A stretch of DNA of 64,000 nt from Phycisphaerae bacterium (GTDB taxonomy: Bacteria > Planctomycetota > Phycisphaerae > UBA1845 > Fen-1342), in contig JASFQK010000005.1 of assembly GCA_050115495.1 (NCBI GenBank), forward strand, positions 32,001 through 96,000, written 5' to 3'. The translations under genes and the position numbers were made by a program. Under the pieces are notes generated by a model. It was given only the letters and a program-made list of their open reading frames with translations. It ran no database searches and was not told the origin of the DNA. Below, piece after piece: positions 37,643 to 46,617 of this stretch (position 1 is its first letter; each line of letters begins with the position of its first letter).

Positions 37643-38929
37643 ATGGCGAGAAAGGAGGACCGGACAAACCGGTGGATCAAATCGGAACGCGTTGGCGAGG
37701 TCACGCTGTTTCGCACATCGCGGAGTCCGTACTGGCAGATGTACTGGACCGAATCGGTCAGCGGCCAGCATGGTCCCCGCATCAAACAGCAGCAGCGTAG
37801 CACTCGCGAGACGGATATCGGTCTCGCTCGGCAAGTGGCTAGTCGGCAGAGCGAAGCGCTCTACCGGCGAAAGCACTATCCCGAGCGTGAACGAGAGCGG
37901 AAACGGACGCCGCTACGGCCCATCGTCGAGGATTTCGTACAGTACCTTGAGACGCTCGGCCGCAGTCATGGGCATATCAGCAAGCTCAAGGGCCGGCTGC
38001 ACTGCCTGGCAGATTGGTTGGAGAGGCGACAGGTGATCAACGTGCAGGACGTTAGTGCGACACTGCTACGCGACTTTCAGTCGCATCTACGCAGCGTCCG
38101 CAATGTAGGTCCTGCCACAGTAAACCACTACATCGCGGGCATTCACAACTTCTATGGGTACGCAATCTACAAGCGGAAGCTGCTCGATGGCCCGAATCCC
38201 GCGGCCACTGGAAGGCAGGCCGAATTGGATAAGCTGCCCACGCGAAGTGTGCCACCGCCGACCATCTATCCGGACCAAGTGAACGCCGTCATCCAAGTCG
38301 CTCGCAAGCACAACGACACGCAGATCGCCAACCTGATCGCGTTCGTGTGCGAGGGCGGTTTCCGCTTCCAGGAGATGCAGTTCCTTCAGGTCGGCGACAT
38401 CAACGTAGCCGAACGGGAGATCATCCTGGAGGTGAAGCGACCGGACCCGCATCGCGTGCGGGCCGAACTACGCCGGACTTGTTTGACGGAAGATGGCCTG
38501 TGGATCCCCAAGACGCCGGCGGCTCGGCGACCGATTCACATCACGGATCGGCTCGCGCGTGTAATCGGCGCGATGGGACTTGGAGACGCGTCGGACTGGG
38601 TCTTCATGAACCAAGCCGGCAACCAGATCTCCGAGAACAAGACCCTCAGCTTGCTTAAGCGCTACGCACTCGAAGCAAAGGTGCTTGTGGACGCACACCC
38701 GAAGACGGGCAAGCCGTGGTCGCTGCTCAAGTGGCACTGGCTACGGCATTACCACCGCACACGGGCACACGTGAGCCGAATCCGTCGCGAAGTATCGAAG
38801 CTGGCAATGGGCCACGCCGCCGACCCAATCCACGACCATTACCGTGGTCTGGACCGGTACGCGTTCCATGAGGAGTATGAGAAGTTTGACAGTGGGATCG
38901 ACGATGCGCTATTCGCCCGCGAAACCTGA
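37643..38929 (+). CDS. Tyrosine recombinase/integrase
   Basis: Catalytic R (GGFRFQE), K (PKT), HxxR (HWLRH), H (MGH), Y (HDHY); AAGGAGG RBS. Confidence 0.93.
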   Translation: MARKEDRTNRWIKSERVGEVTLFRTSRSPYWQMYWTESVSGQHGPRIKQQQRSTRETDIGLARQVASRQSEALYRRKHYPERERERKRTPLRPIVEDFVQYLETLGRSHGHISKLKGRLHCLADWLERRQVINVQDVSATLLRDFQSHLRSVRNVGPATVNHYIAGIHNFYGYAIYKRKLLDGPNPAATGRQAELDKLPTRSVPPPTIYPDQVNAVIQVARKHNDTQIANLIAFVCEGGFRFQEMQFLQVGDINVAEREIILEVKRPDPHRVRAELRRTCLTEDGLWIPKTPAARRPIHITDRLARVIGAMGLGDASDWVFMNQAGNQISENKTLSLLKRYALEAKVLVDAHPKTGKPWSLLKWHWLRHYHRTRAHVSRIRREVSKLAMGHAADPIHDHYRGLDRYAFHEEYEKFDSGIDDALFARET

Positions 38930-38933
38930 AAAA

Positions 38934-38989
38934 AGTCCCCAGTTGGCACTGGGGACTGGCGTTTCGGAAGGCCCCGTTTACTGGGGACT
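38934..38989. repeat. Three copies of the 10-bp ACTGGGGACT motif, candidate integrase arm-type sites
   Basis: AGTCCCCAGT 38934-38943 (inverted); ACTGGGGACT 38948-38957 and 38980-38989; between the integrase stop and the ssrA 3' end. Confidence 0.6.
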
Positions 38990-39046
38990 CATCCGGCGCG
39001 CGATTTTTCAGGAGCGTAAGTCGTTTCTAAAAAACTACTTAGCTAA

Positions 39047-39398
39047 TGGAGGCGGGGGGAATCGAACCCCCGTCCCGGAACATTTCAGCCTGAGCCTCTA
39101 CGTGTGTAGTCGGTCATTTTGTGTCTGAGCCCGCCGCAGACCGGCCAACAGGTCATCGGCGGACCGAGCCCGGCTGTTTCTTATCGCCGCGCCGCCAGAC
39201 GGGGACGCAACGACCAGCCTGCTGTCGCGTCGGTACCCGCTAGCAGGCGTCGCGGGCCGACGGGTTGCCTTAGTTAGGCAGCCAGACGGTAGCCATCATT
39301 GGCATGTAAACAGTTTCGCCAGGTGTTTAACGAGGCCTCCTGACAACCTCGACACGCCACTCAGACCTCAACCTGCCCGGTCGAAGCCAATCGCCCCC
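39047..39398 (-). ncRNA. ssrA: tmRNA (transfer-messenger RNA), tag ANDGYRLAA
   Basis: 5' GGGGGCG..TTCGAC; 3' GGGGGTTCGATTCCCCCCGCCTCCA with G3-U Ala identity pair; tag reading frame GCCAATGATGGCTACCGTCTGGCTGCCTAA (39303-39274). Confidence 0.96.
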
Positions 39399-39744
39399 TG
39401 AGAACAAAGCACAGCCGCCGCTTGTCAAAGATCGCCGGCGAGCCCGCGAGCGAGCGTCGCCGTCCGCTGCATTATAGCCGTCCCGCACGGCTTCCGCACG
39501 CCGACCGGCTGAGGCACCGAGCGCAGAACAGCCTGGGACCGATATAAAAATGCTTGGTTCCACGCATACCCGCCTGTTATACTCACGTCGTGAGCGGGAT
39601 CTCTGTTGTGCGGCGTGCCATCGCGCCGATAGAGAAGGAGGCGGATCGTTTTTTCCATCTAGATGAGTTAGCGCCGAGGTCGCATCGTTGTGGCCCTCGG
39701 TCTGGGTGTTTCACGACAGGAGCAGAAAAGGAGGAACGTTGGCT

Positions 39745-42069
39745 ATGACAAACAGGATGCTCATTGCCGCAATGCTACTCACTCTGCCCGCCGTCGGCTT
39801 CGCCGGCGACGACGTGCTGACCAGAACCGACGACCTGGGGCACCAGGCCTGTGTGCGGTTGTTCAGCCCACCGATGCCGCCCTCCGGTGGTGAACTGAGC
39901 ACCGCCGTCCCCGACTGGCGCCCGCTCGGTCCCTACGGCGGCGACGTTGACGCTGTGTGCGCCTCGCCGACCGCGGCAGGTGTCGTGCTCGCCGGCATCG
40001 CCCCCGACGGCAGCAGCGGCGGCACGCTCTACCGTTCCGTTGACGGCGGCGCCAGCTGGTCCGAGGTCTCGGCCCTCTCCGGCCTCAGCGTGTACGACAT
40101 CGAGTTTGCTCCCGACGGCGCGGTTTACATCGGCACCGACGACGGCGTCTGGAAGAGCATCGACGACGGCGCTTCCTGGACCCAACTGCCCTTGGGCATC
40201 GGGCTCAACGACCAGACCATGGAAATCGCCATCGATCCCAACAACCCCAACAACGTCTGGGCCGGCGTCGCCGACGCCCTCGGCAATCAGGACGTCAACA
40301 TCACCCGCTCTACCGACGCCGGCGCCTCCTGGGTCGACGTCACGCCGCCGATGGCCTCGCCGCTGACCGGCATGGGCATCGCGTTCGATCCGAACGACTC
40401 GAACAAGGTCTACACCTGCTTCCGTGGTTCGTTCGGCGGCGGGGCCTTCTGGGTCTCGACCGACGGCGGTACCACCTGGACCGACCGCTCGCTGGGCCTG
40501 CCGAGCAACCCCCTCAACGACATCGTCCACGATGGGACGCGCGTGCTCGTCACCGGCGGGCAGCTCTTCGGCTCGCAGGACGTCGGCCTGTATGAGTCCA
40601 CCGACGACGGCGCCCACTGGACCGCCCTGCACGACGGGACCTGGCCGATCATGGCCTTCTCCGCCATCGCCCTCGATCCGAACGACTATGACACGATCTA
40701 CCTGGCCAGCCTCGGCGGCGGCCTGTACTTGTCCACCGACGGCGGCGACAACTGGACCTTCAACGCCGGTGGCACCAACGGCATGTCGCTCAACGCCGTC
40801 CGCTTCGCCCCCAGCAGTTCGACGACCATCTACGCCGGCGCCAGCTCCATCGGCGTGGTGATCAGTGTCGACGGCGGCGTCTCCTTCAACCCGTCGTCCG
40901 TCGGCATCGGCGCCCTCGAGGTGATGGCCGTCGGCACGAACCCCAACGACGTGGATGAAATCGCCATCGCCTTCCAGGCGCTCAACAGCGGCGGCGTCTA
41001 CACGTCGCTCGACGGCGGCCAGAGCTGGTCGCTCGAGCCCCTGCCCGGCACGCGCTGGAGCAACGTCGTCTTCCACCCGAACGGCACGCTCTACGCGATC
41101 TCCGACGGCCCCTCCAGCATCGCGCCCGAGGGCCTCTACCGGCGCAACGTCGACGGCACCTGGACCTGCCTCGGGCCCGATCAGGGTACCTACTACGAGT
41201 CCGACGTGCCGGCCGTCCGCTTCAGCAACAACGATCCCAACCTCTTCCTGCTGGGCGGCTCGGACTTCGGCGTCGCCGGCTATGAGGCGACCGTCTGGCG
41301 CTCGCTCGACGCCGGCGATACCTGGACCAAGGTCTACGAGGGCACGCTGTCCAGCGAGGCCGTCACCGCCATCGAAATCGTCGAGGACGGCACCGACAAG
41401 GTCATGGTCGCCTCCTTCTCGGCGATGGGCACGCCCCAGGAGGGCGGTGCGTTGCGCACGACCGACGGGGGCGATCTCTGGTACGACTCCTCCAACGGCC
41501 TCGACATCGAGTCGCAGGGCTACGACCTGGCCGGCTCGTTCTCCCAACTGAACACGTTCTACTTCGCCGACGCTGACTACGGCACCGGCAACGGCGGCGT
41601 CTATCGCACGGATGACGCCGGCGAAAACTGGTCGCTGCTCGCCTCGGTGGGCGCGGTGCAACGCATCATCTGGGATCCGCTGGATGCCAACGTCTTCTAC
41701 ATCATGCAGTCCAGCGGTGCGAAGGTCAGCCGCTCCGACGACGGCGGCCTGAGCTTCACCGCCTACGACAGCGGCCTGGGCACCGCCGGCTGGGTCCGCG
41801 ACCTGACCTACGCTACGGGCCCGGCCCCGCGCTTGCTGCTGGCCACGACCACCGGTGTCTACGCCCGCACGCTGCGCGACATCGGCGACATGAACTGCGA
41901 CGGACAGGTCAATAACTTCGACATCGCCCCCTTCGTCCAGGCTGTTACCAACCCGGCCAACTACGCCGCCCAGCACCCGGGCTGCGACATCATGCTTGCC
42001 GACGTCAACGGCGATGGTCTGGTGAACAACTTCGACATCGGTCCCTTCGTCGGGCTGCTCACCAAGTAA
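39745..42069 (+). CDS. Secreted BNR/Asp-box beta-propeller protein with C-terminal dockerin/EF-hand-like domain
   Basis: Signal peptide; many SxDxGxTW repeats; 'GDMNCDGQVNNFDI...DVNGDGLVNNFDI'; AAGGAGG RBS. Confidence 0.9.
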   Translation: MTNRMLIAAMLLTLPAVGFAGDDVLTRTDDLGHQACVRLFSPPMPPSGGELSTAVPDWRPLGPYGGDVDAVCASPTAAGVVLAGIAPDGSSGGTLYRSVDGGASWSEVSALSGLSVYDIEFAPDGAVYIGTDDGVWKSIDDGASWTQLPLGIGLNDQTMEIAIDPNNPNNVWAGVADALGNQDVNITRSTDAGASWVDVTPPMASPLTGMGIAFDPNDSNKVYTCFRGSFGGGAFWVSTDGGTTWTDRSLGLPSNPLNDIVHDGTRVLVTGGQLFGSQDVGLYESTDDGAHWTALHDGTWPIMAFSAIALDPNDYDTIYLASLGGGLYLSTDGGDNWTFNAGGTNGMSLNAVRFAPSSSTTIYAGASSIGVVISVDGGVSFNPSSVGIGALEVMAVGTNPNDVDEIAIAFQALNSGGVYTSLDGGQSWSLEPLPGTRWSNVVFHPNGTLYAISDGPSSIAPEGLYRRNVDGTWTCLGPDQGTYYESDVPAVRFSNNDPNLFLLGGSDFGVAGYEATVWRSLDAGDTWTKVYEGTLSSEAVTAIEIVEDGTDKVMVASFSAMGTPQEGGALRTTDGGDLWYDSSNGLDIESQGYDLAGSFSQLNTFYFADADYGTGNGGVYRTDDAGENWSLLASVGAVQRIIWDPLDANVFYIMQSSGAKVSRSDDGGLSFTAYDSGLGTAGWVRDLTYATGPAPRLLLATTTGVYARTLRDIGDMNCDGQVNNFDIAPFVQAVTNPANYAAQHPGCDIMLADVNGDGLVNNFDIGPFVGLLTK

Positions 42070-42128
42070 CCCCCCGGCGGCGGCGTCCATCCTGACGCCC
42101 CCCGGTGGAACCGGACACTAATCGGCAA

Positions 42129-42161
42129 CGGCCGGCGCCCACGTGGCGTCGGCCGCTGTTG
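42129..42161 (+). terminator. GC-rich hairpin, identical 33-bp copy at 46561-46593
   Basis: CGGCCGGCGCC-CACGT-GGCGTCGGCCG followed by T-rich sequence, just downstream of the gene. Confidence 0.55.
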
Positions 42162-42207
42162 TTTGGTTCCTCACGGGCTGGTGCAGTGCCTCAGAATAAC
42201 CGCATCA

Positions 42208-42271
42208 TGGGCAGGGCGGGCGTCTCGCCCGCCGACTGGCCCCTGCCTGGCAGGCGAAACGCCTGCCCCAC
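42208..42271. repeat. REP-like palindromic pair
   Basis: GGCGGGCG-tct-CGCCCGCC and GGCAGGCG-aaa-CGCCTGCC-CCAC in an intergenic region between convergent genes. Confidence 0.45.
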
Positions 42272-42389
42272 CCGGAACAGGGTGGCTTGCTTCTGACTCA
42301 CTGCACTAGCGGGGACGAACGTGGCGGGGTGGCGGTGGACCGAACAGACCACCATCGCACGTGGTACAAAGGACCCTGGCTCGCCGAGG

Positions 42390-43763
42390 CTACACTCCTT
42401 TCGGCGAAAGCTCTTCGGGCGCAGGCACGTCGGGCAGGTCGAGGGCCATCACAACGGAGGAACCGTAGAACGGATACTCGATGCGGCAACGGTAGCCCCG
42501 GAACTTGTCGGCGGCCCACCCGAGCTTGTCGCAGCAGTAACGCAGGGCGTCCACGTACCCGTCGATCTCCGACGTCGCGAAGTGCGACATCCCCTTGCCC
42601 ATGAATTGGATCGACTCCACGAAATGAAGCTGATCCAGGTCGCGGTTAGGGTCGTTGAGGTCGGGACAACCACGGACCGCCGTGTCGTAAATGCGCAGAT
42701 CGAACTCACACTCCGGCCAGATATCCTCGTGCAGCAGCACGTCGAGCAGCAACGTTCGGGCTGGGTGCTGGAGCTCGGCCCCGATGCCGCGCGTTCGCGG
42801 ATGCTCACCAGATAGCCGGTACCGAGGGAAGACGCGGCGACCCACCTCGGCTACAACGAAGTCGACGGGCGAGTTCCAGCCAACCGTGCTTCCGCCGAGA
42901 AGGTACTGATAGACGTTGCCGGTGCTCAGGAATTCCACCTCCGGGAGCGGAGACGAGCACAGTTGCATCATGAGAACGCCGTGTAAGTCACGGATGGGCC
43001 GACCCTCGAGCGTCTCGCGCACGAACGGGTCTCGCGGCGGCACTTCGCTTGGGTTCTCAATAACGTTGTTGGCGAGGCGAACCACAGCGCCAGGGCGAAG
43101 CCGGCGGAGCCCTACGAGACCCTCCATGCCCGCGTAGTCACACCACATCGGGTCGTTCGATGGGTGCATGATCGCCGTGGAGAAGCACACGTCGGCCATC
43201 ACGCCCTTGAGGTGGCTGTTGGCTCGGAAGGCGGCCTGCTTCTGCGTGGCCTCGAAGTTCTGCCGGGCCTCAGGTAGCCACCCGCTCAGGAGGGCGTCCA
43301 GCGATTGCCGGCCACCGACGTCCTGGTCGAGCATGTCTTCGTAGCGCTGCACCGCCGCCGCCGCGTCCTCAATCGTCGAGCGCGCCACGCCGGCTTTGTC
43401 GGCCTGTGCCAACAGGCGACGGAGCATGCTCGGCCCCGGCATCAACCGCAGAGCCGCCAGCGTACTGCCACGTCGGAGAGACGACAGGAGACGGCTGGTC
43501 AGCGGCTGGCTCAGATCGAGTTCACGCTGAAAGTCAGCATGGGAACGACATCCGCGGCGTTGGGCCACTTCGTCAATCGTTCGGCGAAGTGCATCACGGA
43601 GTTCGCTTCCAATACGTCTCACGCGGTGCTCGAGCGCCTCTCGCGAGGCGCCCGCCGACGTTGCTGGGGATAGCCCAATAACAGTGCCCCTGACGGGGGG
43701 CGGAGGCACCGAACGTGGTGGTTCGGGCGGCGCGGATTCGGAGTTGGGCAGGTTAGATTGCAC
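42390..43763 (-). CDS. Uncharacterised putative transcription regulator (paralog 1)
   Basis: N-terminal HTH-like 'HADFQRELDLSQPLTSRLL'; shares WLPEAR..FE...KQAAF, GLRRLRP, LLHED.WP and RGYRC.I.YP with 46618-47898. Confidence 0.7.
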   Translation of the reverse strand: MQSNLPNSESAPPEPPRSVPPPPVRGTVIGLSPATSAGASREALEHRVRRIGSELRDALRRTIDEVAQRRGCRSHADFQRELDLSQPLTSRLLSSLRRGSTLAALRLMPGPSMLRRLLAQADKAGVARSTIEDAAAAVQRYEDMLDQDVGGRQSLDALLSGWLPEARQNFEATQKQAAFRANSHLKGVMADVCFSTAIMHPSNDPMWCDYAGMEGLVGLRRLRPGAVVRLANNVIENPSEVPPRDPFVRETLEGRPIRDLHGVLMMQLCSSPLPEVEFLSTGNVYQYLLGGSTVGWNSPVDFVVAEVGRRVFPRYRLSGEHPRTRGIGAELQHPARTLLLDVLLHEDIWPECEFDLRIYDTAVRGCPDLNDPNRDLDQLHFVESIQFMGKGMSHFATSEIDGYVDALRYCCDKLGWAADKFRGYRCRIEYPFYGSSVVMALDLPDVPAPEELSPKGV

Positions 43764-43936
43764 GGTGGCATCATACGCGATTCTGGTTTCGACGGCAAGT
43801 CGCCGTTCAAAATTCTGGAATATTCTCGGGATAGCCGCTTCTTTCGGCCCGAGATGGCTCGCTTCCCTCTAATACGCATATATACAGACGTATCGAGTCA
43901 ATCCGGGCAGCGCTGGGGCTGACAACAAAAATTCCT

Positions 43937-43986
43937 GGAATACGCAAGGAATAACCTTGACAGGGGACCCGTTCCCCCGATATCCT
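43937..43986 (+). promoter_or_regulatory. Sigma-70-like promoter with tandem GGAATA repeat abutting the -35 element
   Basis: GGAATA-N5-GGAATA (43937-43953), TTGACA (43957), TATCCT (43981); a second GGAATA-N5-GGGATA at 43817-43833. Confidence 0.45.
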
Positions 43987-44149
43987 GCAGAAGATGGGTG
44001 AGTAACTGGGCCCCTCGGCGATGGGGACGCCGCCGGGAAGGTGATCCAGCACCTGTCCAGAATGGAATGTGCTCATCGTGAGCGCAGATATTTGTGCTCG
44101 GTTGTTCTCGAGTACACGGCATGTCCCGTTTTCACAATGGAGGAGAATC

Positions 44150-44848
44150 ATGATCGTGCGAGGTCTCTTGGTGTGCTGCGCTGTGGCGCTGTTTGTATCC
44201 GCACCCACCATGGCGGCTCAGGAATGGCTCGACGACATGGAGGCCTATCGGGTCGGCAGCTACCTGGGTGGCCAAGGGGGTTGGGAAGGCTGGGATGGTG
44301 TTTCGTACATGGGCGCGGCGTCGGTGGTTAGTCTCAGGGCGCATAGCCCAGTGGCTTCGTTCGTCACGTGGGAGTCCATCAACGTGGTCCATCCGTTCTC
44401 CGGGTATACGGAAGGGCAATGGACCTTCAGCGCCTGGCAGTATGCGGAGTCCGACCGCATCGGTGACTCGTGGGTCAACCTGTTGAACACCTACGACGTG
44501 GGGAACCACAACTGGTCGACCAGGTTGCGGTTCGACCCCGACCTCGACGTGATTGAGTCCCAGTCCGACGGGGCGCAGCTTCCCCTCATCTTGGACGAGT
44601 GGGTCCAACTGCGTGTGGAGATCGACCTGGATGCCAACATGCAGTCGGTCTACTACGGCGATGACCTTCTCACCACGAAGAGCTGGACCGAAGGCGAGAC
44701 CGGTGGCGGCGCGCTGAACATCGGCGGAATCAGCTTCGAGGCCTGCCCCTACGCCAGCATGATCTGGTATGACGACATCAGTCTGACGCCGGAGCCAGGG
44801 ACTTGCCTGTTGCTTGTGCTGGGCGCTGTCGCGCTTCGCCGGCGCTAG
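44150..44848 (+). CDS. Secreted PEP-CTERM sorting-signal protein
   Basis: Signal peptide; C-terminal 'TPEPGTCLLLVLGAVALRRR'; GGAGGAG RBS. Confidence 0.88.
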   Translation: MIVRGLLVCCAVALFVSAPTMAAQEWLDDMEAYRVGSYLGGQGGWEGWDGVSYMGAASVVSLRAHSPVASFVTWESINVVHPFSGYTEGQWTFSAWQYAESDRIGDSWVNLLNTYDVGNHNWSTRLRFDPDLDVIESQSDGAQLPLILDEWVQLRVEIDLDANMQSVYYGDDLLTTKSWTEGETGGGALNIGGISFEACPYASMIWYDDISLTPEPGTCLLLVLGAVALRRR

Positions 44849-45108
44849 CTGAAAATCGTGGAACCTGCCCAGTTTCTTGTGCCGGCTGCGGGAGCCTGAG
44901 TGAAGTGGCGGGCCTGTCTTCAAGATAATCTCCGGAAGGAGCGCCAAGCGAGGTTCAGGCAGTCAGTTCCAGAGAAACGAGAGTCGGACGAAACGGTGCG
45001 GGCGCGGCTGACGACGAATCGGCCGCGCCCCACCTTGGCCCGCAGCGTGTGTCCCGCGCCGGACGAAACTCCGGGGCAGCAGTAGTAGGGTATTTAGGAG
45101 GAGAGTTG

Positions 45109-46497
45109 ATGAAACGTCTGTTTGCCCTTGCAACCCTATTCTCATTGATTCTGATCAACCGCGCGTCGGCTGATAGTCCCCCCGCGTTGCCGACGCTCAT
45201 CGGCGATATCATCGTTGTCGATGACGCCTCGGTGTGGAACGTCGGCGGCATCTCGGTGGCGTACAACTCCACGGACGACGAGTTCAGGGTGTTCTGGTTT
45301 GACTCGCGCATCGAGGACCAGAACGACGTCTACAGCCAACGGCTTTCGACGCTCGGCGAGTTGCTGGGTGCCAACCTGACGATTTGCGCCGGAATACCTT
45401 CGTACAGCACCACGGCGTGTGCTTACGACCCGATCGCCAACCAGTATTTCTTCGTGTGTCGGTACCAGAACGGCGGGCCGGGCACCGAGGGATTCAACCA
45501 TGCATACGGCGGTCTGGTGTCTGCGAGGGGCGGGCTGATCAACGGGTTAACCGACGTCTGCAATGGCGGGTTGGAGCCGACGCTGGCGTACAACAGCGTG
45601 GATCAGCAGTTCTTCCTCGAGGCACGCAATTTCTACGGCGGCGGCGCGGAGGGCATTCGCGGGCAGCGCTTCGACCGCGATGGCAACGTGATCGGCGGCG
45701 GGGTCACCATCACAAACACCGACTGGCCGGCGCCGTGCGGCCAGGTGTGCTACAACAGCAATGCGAACCAGTATCTGGCAACGTGGCGCGAGCAGTCCAA
45801 CGAGAATCTCCAGGGGCGCATCATAAACGCCGACGGGACGTTCGCGACCAGCGCCTTCGTCATCAGCACCATGTTCCCGGAGTCCGTCCTGGCTGCGAGT
45901 GCCGCATTCGACCCCGTAAACGATCGCTACCTGGTGCTGTGGAGCGGATTCTACGGCGGCGGCGCCTATGGGCAATTCCTGAGTCTGACAGGTGCTCCGG
46001 TGGGCGGGCCATTCATGGTATTCGAGCCGGACGGCTACCGGCTGAAGACGTTCGTGGCGTACGACCCGGTCAATCGGGTGTATCTGGCGGCGTGGCAGGA
46101 CCTGCTGGACGTGTGGGTGCAACTGCTGTCCGACAGTGGTGAGCTGCTGGGTGATCCGATTAACCTCGGGGGGTATCCGGACGGAAGCCCGCGCGTCGCT
46201 GTCAACACCACGAGCGGCGGCTTCCTGGTCGTGTGGTGGGATCGGACGTACGTCGATAACAACAACGTGCTCGCGCAGCTCGTGGGTGTCGAACCCGAGT
46301 TCATGATCGGCGACGTCAACTGTGACGGCGTGATCAACAACTTCGACATCAATCCCTTCGTGCTGGCCCTGACTAATCCGGCCGGCTACGCAGCGCAGTA
46401 TCCGGGTTGCGATATCATGCTCGCCGACACCTCCGGCGACGGCGTGGTCAACAACTTCGACATCAGTCCCTTCGTGGGTCTGCTGACCGCCCCGTGA
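45109..46497 (+). CDS. Secreted beta-propeller-like repeat protein with dockerin/EF-hand-like tail
   Basis: Signal peptide; repeated 'AY(N/D)...Y/FL..W...(G/A)Q' units; 'GDVNCDGVINNFDI'. Confidence 0.85.
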   Translation: MKRLFALATLFSLILINRASADSPPALPTLIGDIIVVDDASVWNVGGISVAYNSTDDEFRVFWFDSRIEDQNDVYSQRLSTLGELLGANLTICAGIPSYSTTACAYDPIANQYFFVCRYQNGGPGTEGFNHAYGGLVSARGGLINGLTDVCNGGLEPTLAYNSVDQQFFLEARNFYGGGAEGIRGQRFDRDGNVIGGGVTITNTDWPAPCGQVCYNSNANQYLATWREQSNENLQGRIINADGTFATSAFVISTMFPESVLAASAAFDPVNDRYLVLWSGFYGGGAYGQFLSLTGAPVGGPFMVFEPDGYRLKTFVAYDPVNRVYLAAWQDLLDVWVQLLSDSGELLGDPINLGGYPDGSPRVAVNTTSGGFLVVWWDRTYVDNNNVLAQLVGVEPEFMIGDVNCDGVINNFDINPFVLALTNPAGYAAQYPGCDIMLADTSGDGVVNNFDISPFVGLLTAP

Positions 46498-46560
46498 TCC
46501 TGATCGCGCACACCGCGCAGTGACAAACGACTCTCCGCTGAGAGAGAACGTTCGAATCAG

Positions 46561-46593
46561 CGGCCGGCGCCCACGTGGCGTCGGCCGCTGTTG
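46561..46593 (+). terminator. GC-rich hairpin identical to 42129-42161
   Basis: Exact 33-bp match in the same context, between a dockerin-tail gene and a convergent regulator paralog. Confidence 0.55.
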
Positions 46594-46617
46594 CCTGGTG
46601 GTATGTGGAGGCCTCGT

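Larger units (their letters stand above)
1..39046. mobile_element. Integrative conjugative element (Trb/IncP-type T4SS, Tn4371/ICEMlSym-like gene order) integrated at the tmRNA 3' end; left end outside the window
   Basis: Tyrosine integrase ends about 120 bp from the ssrA 3' end; the region holds an excisionase, relaxase, coupling protein, trb operon, partition genes and defence cargo. No second copy of the ssrA 3' end was seen, so the other att site is probably left of base 1. Confidence 0.88.

Noticed and set aside
39047..39075. tRNA gene
   Set aside because: The T-arm and acceptor belong to tmRNA: the 5' half lies about 350 nt away and a tag reading frame is present.
39775..42090. Long antisense or alternate-frame ORFs (771 aa here; also 10622-11995, 50508-52567, 59213-60478)
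   Set aside because: Shadow frames of well-supported genes in high-GC DNA.
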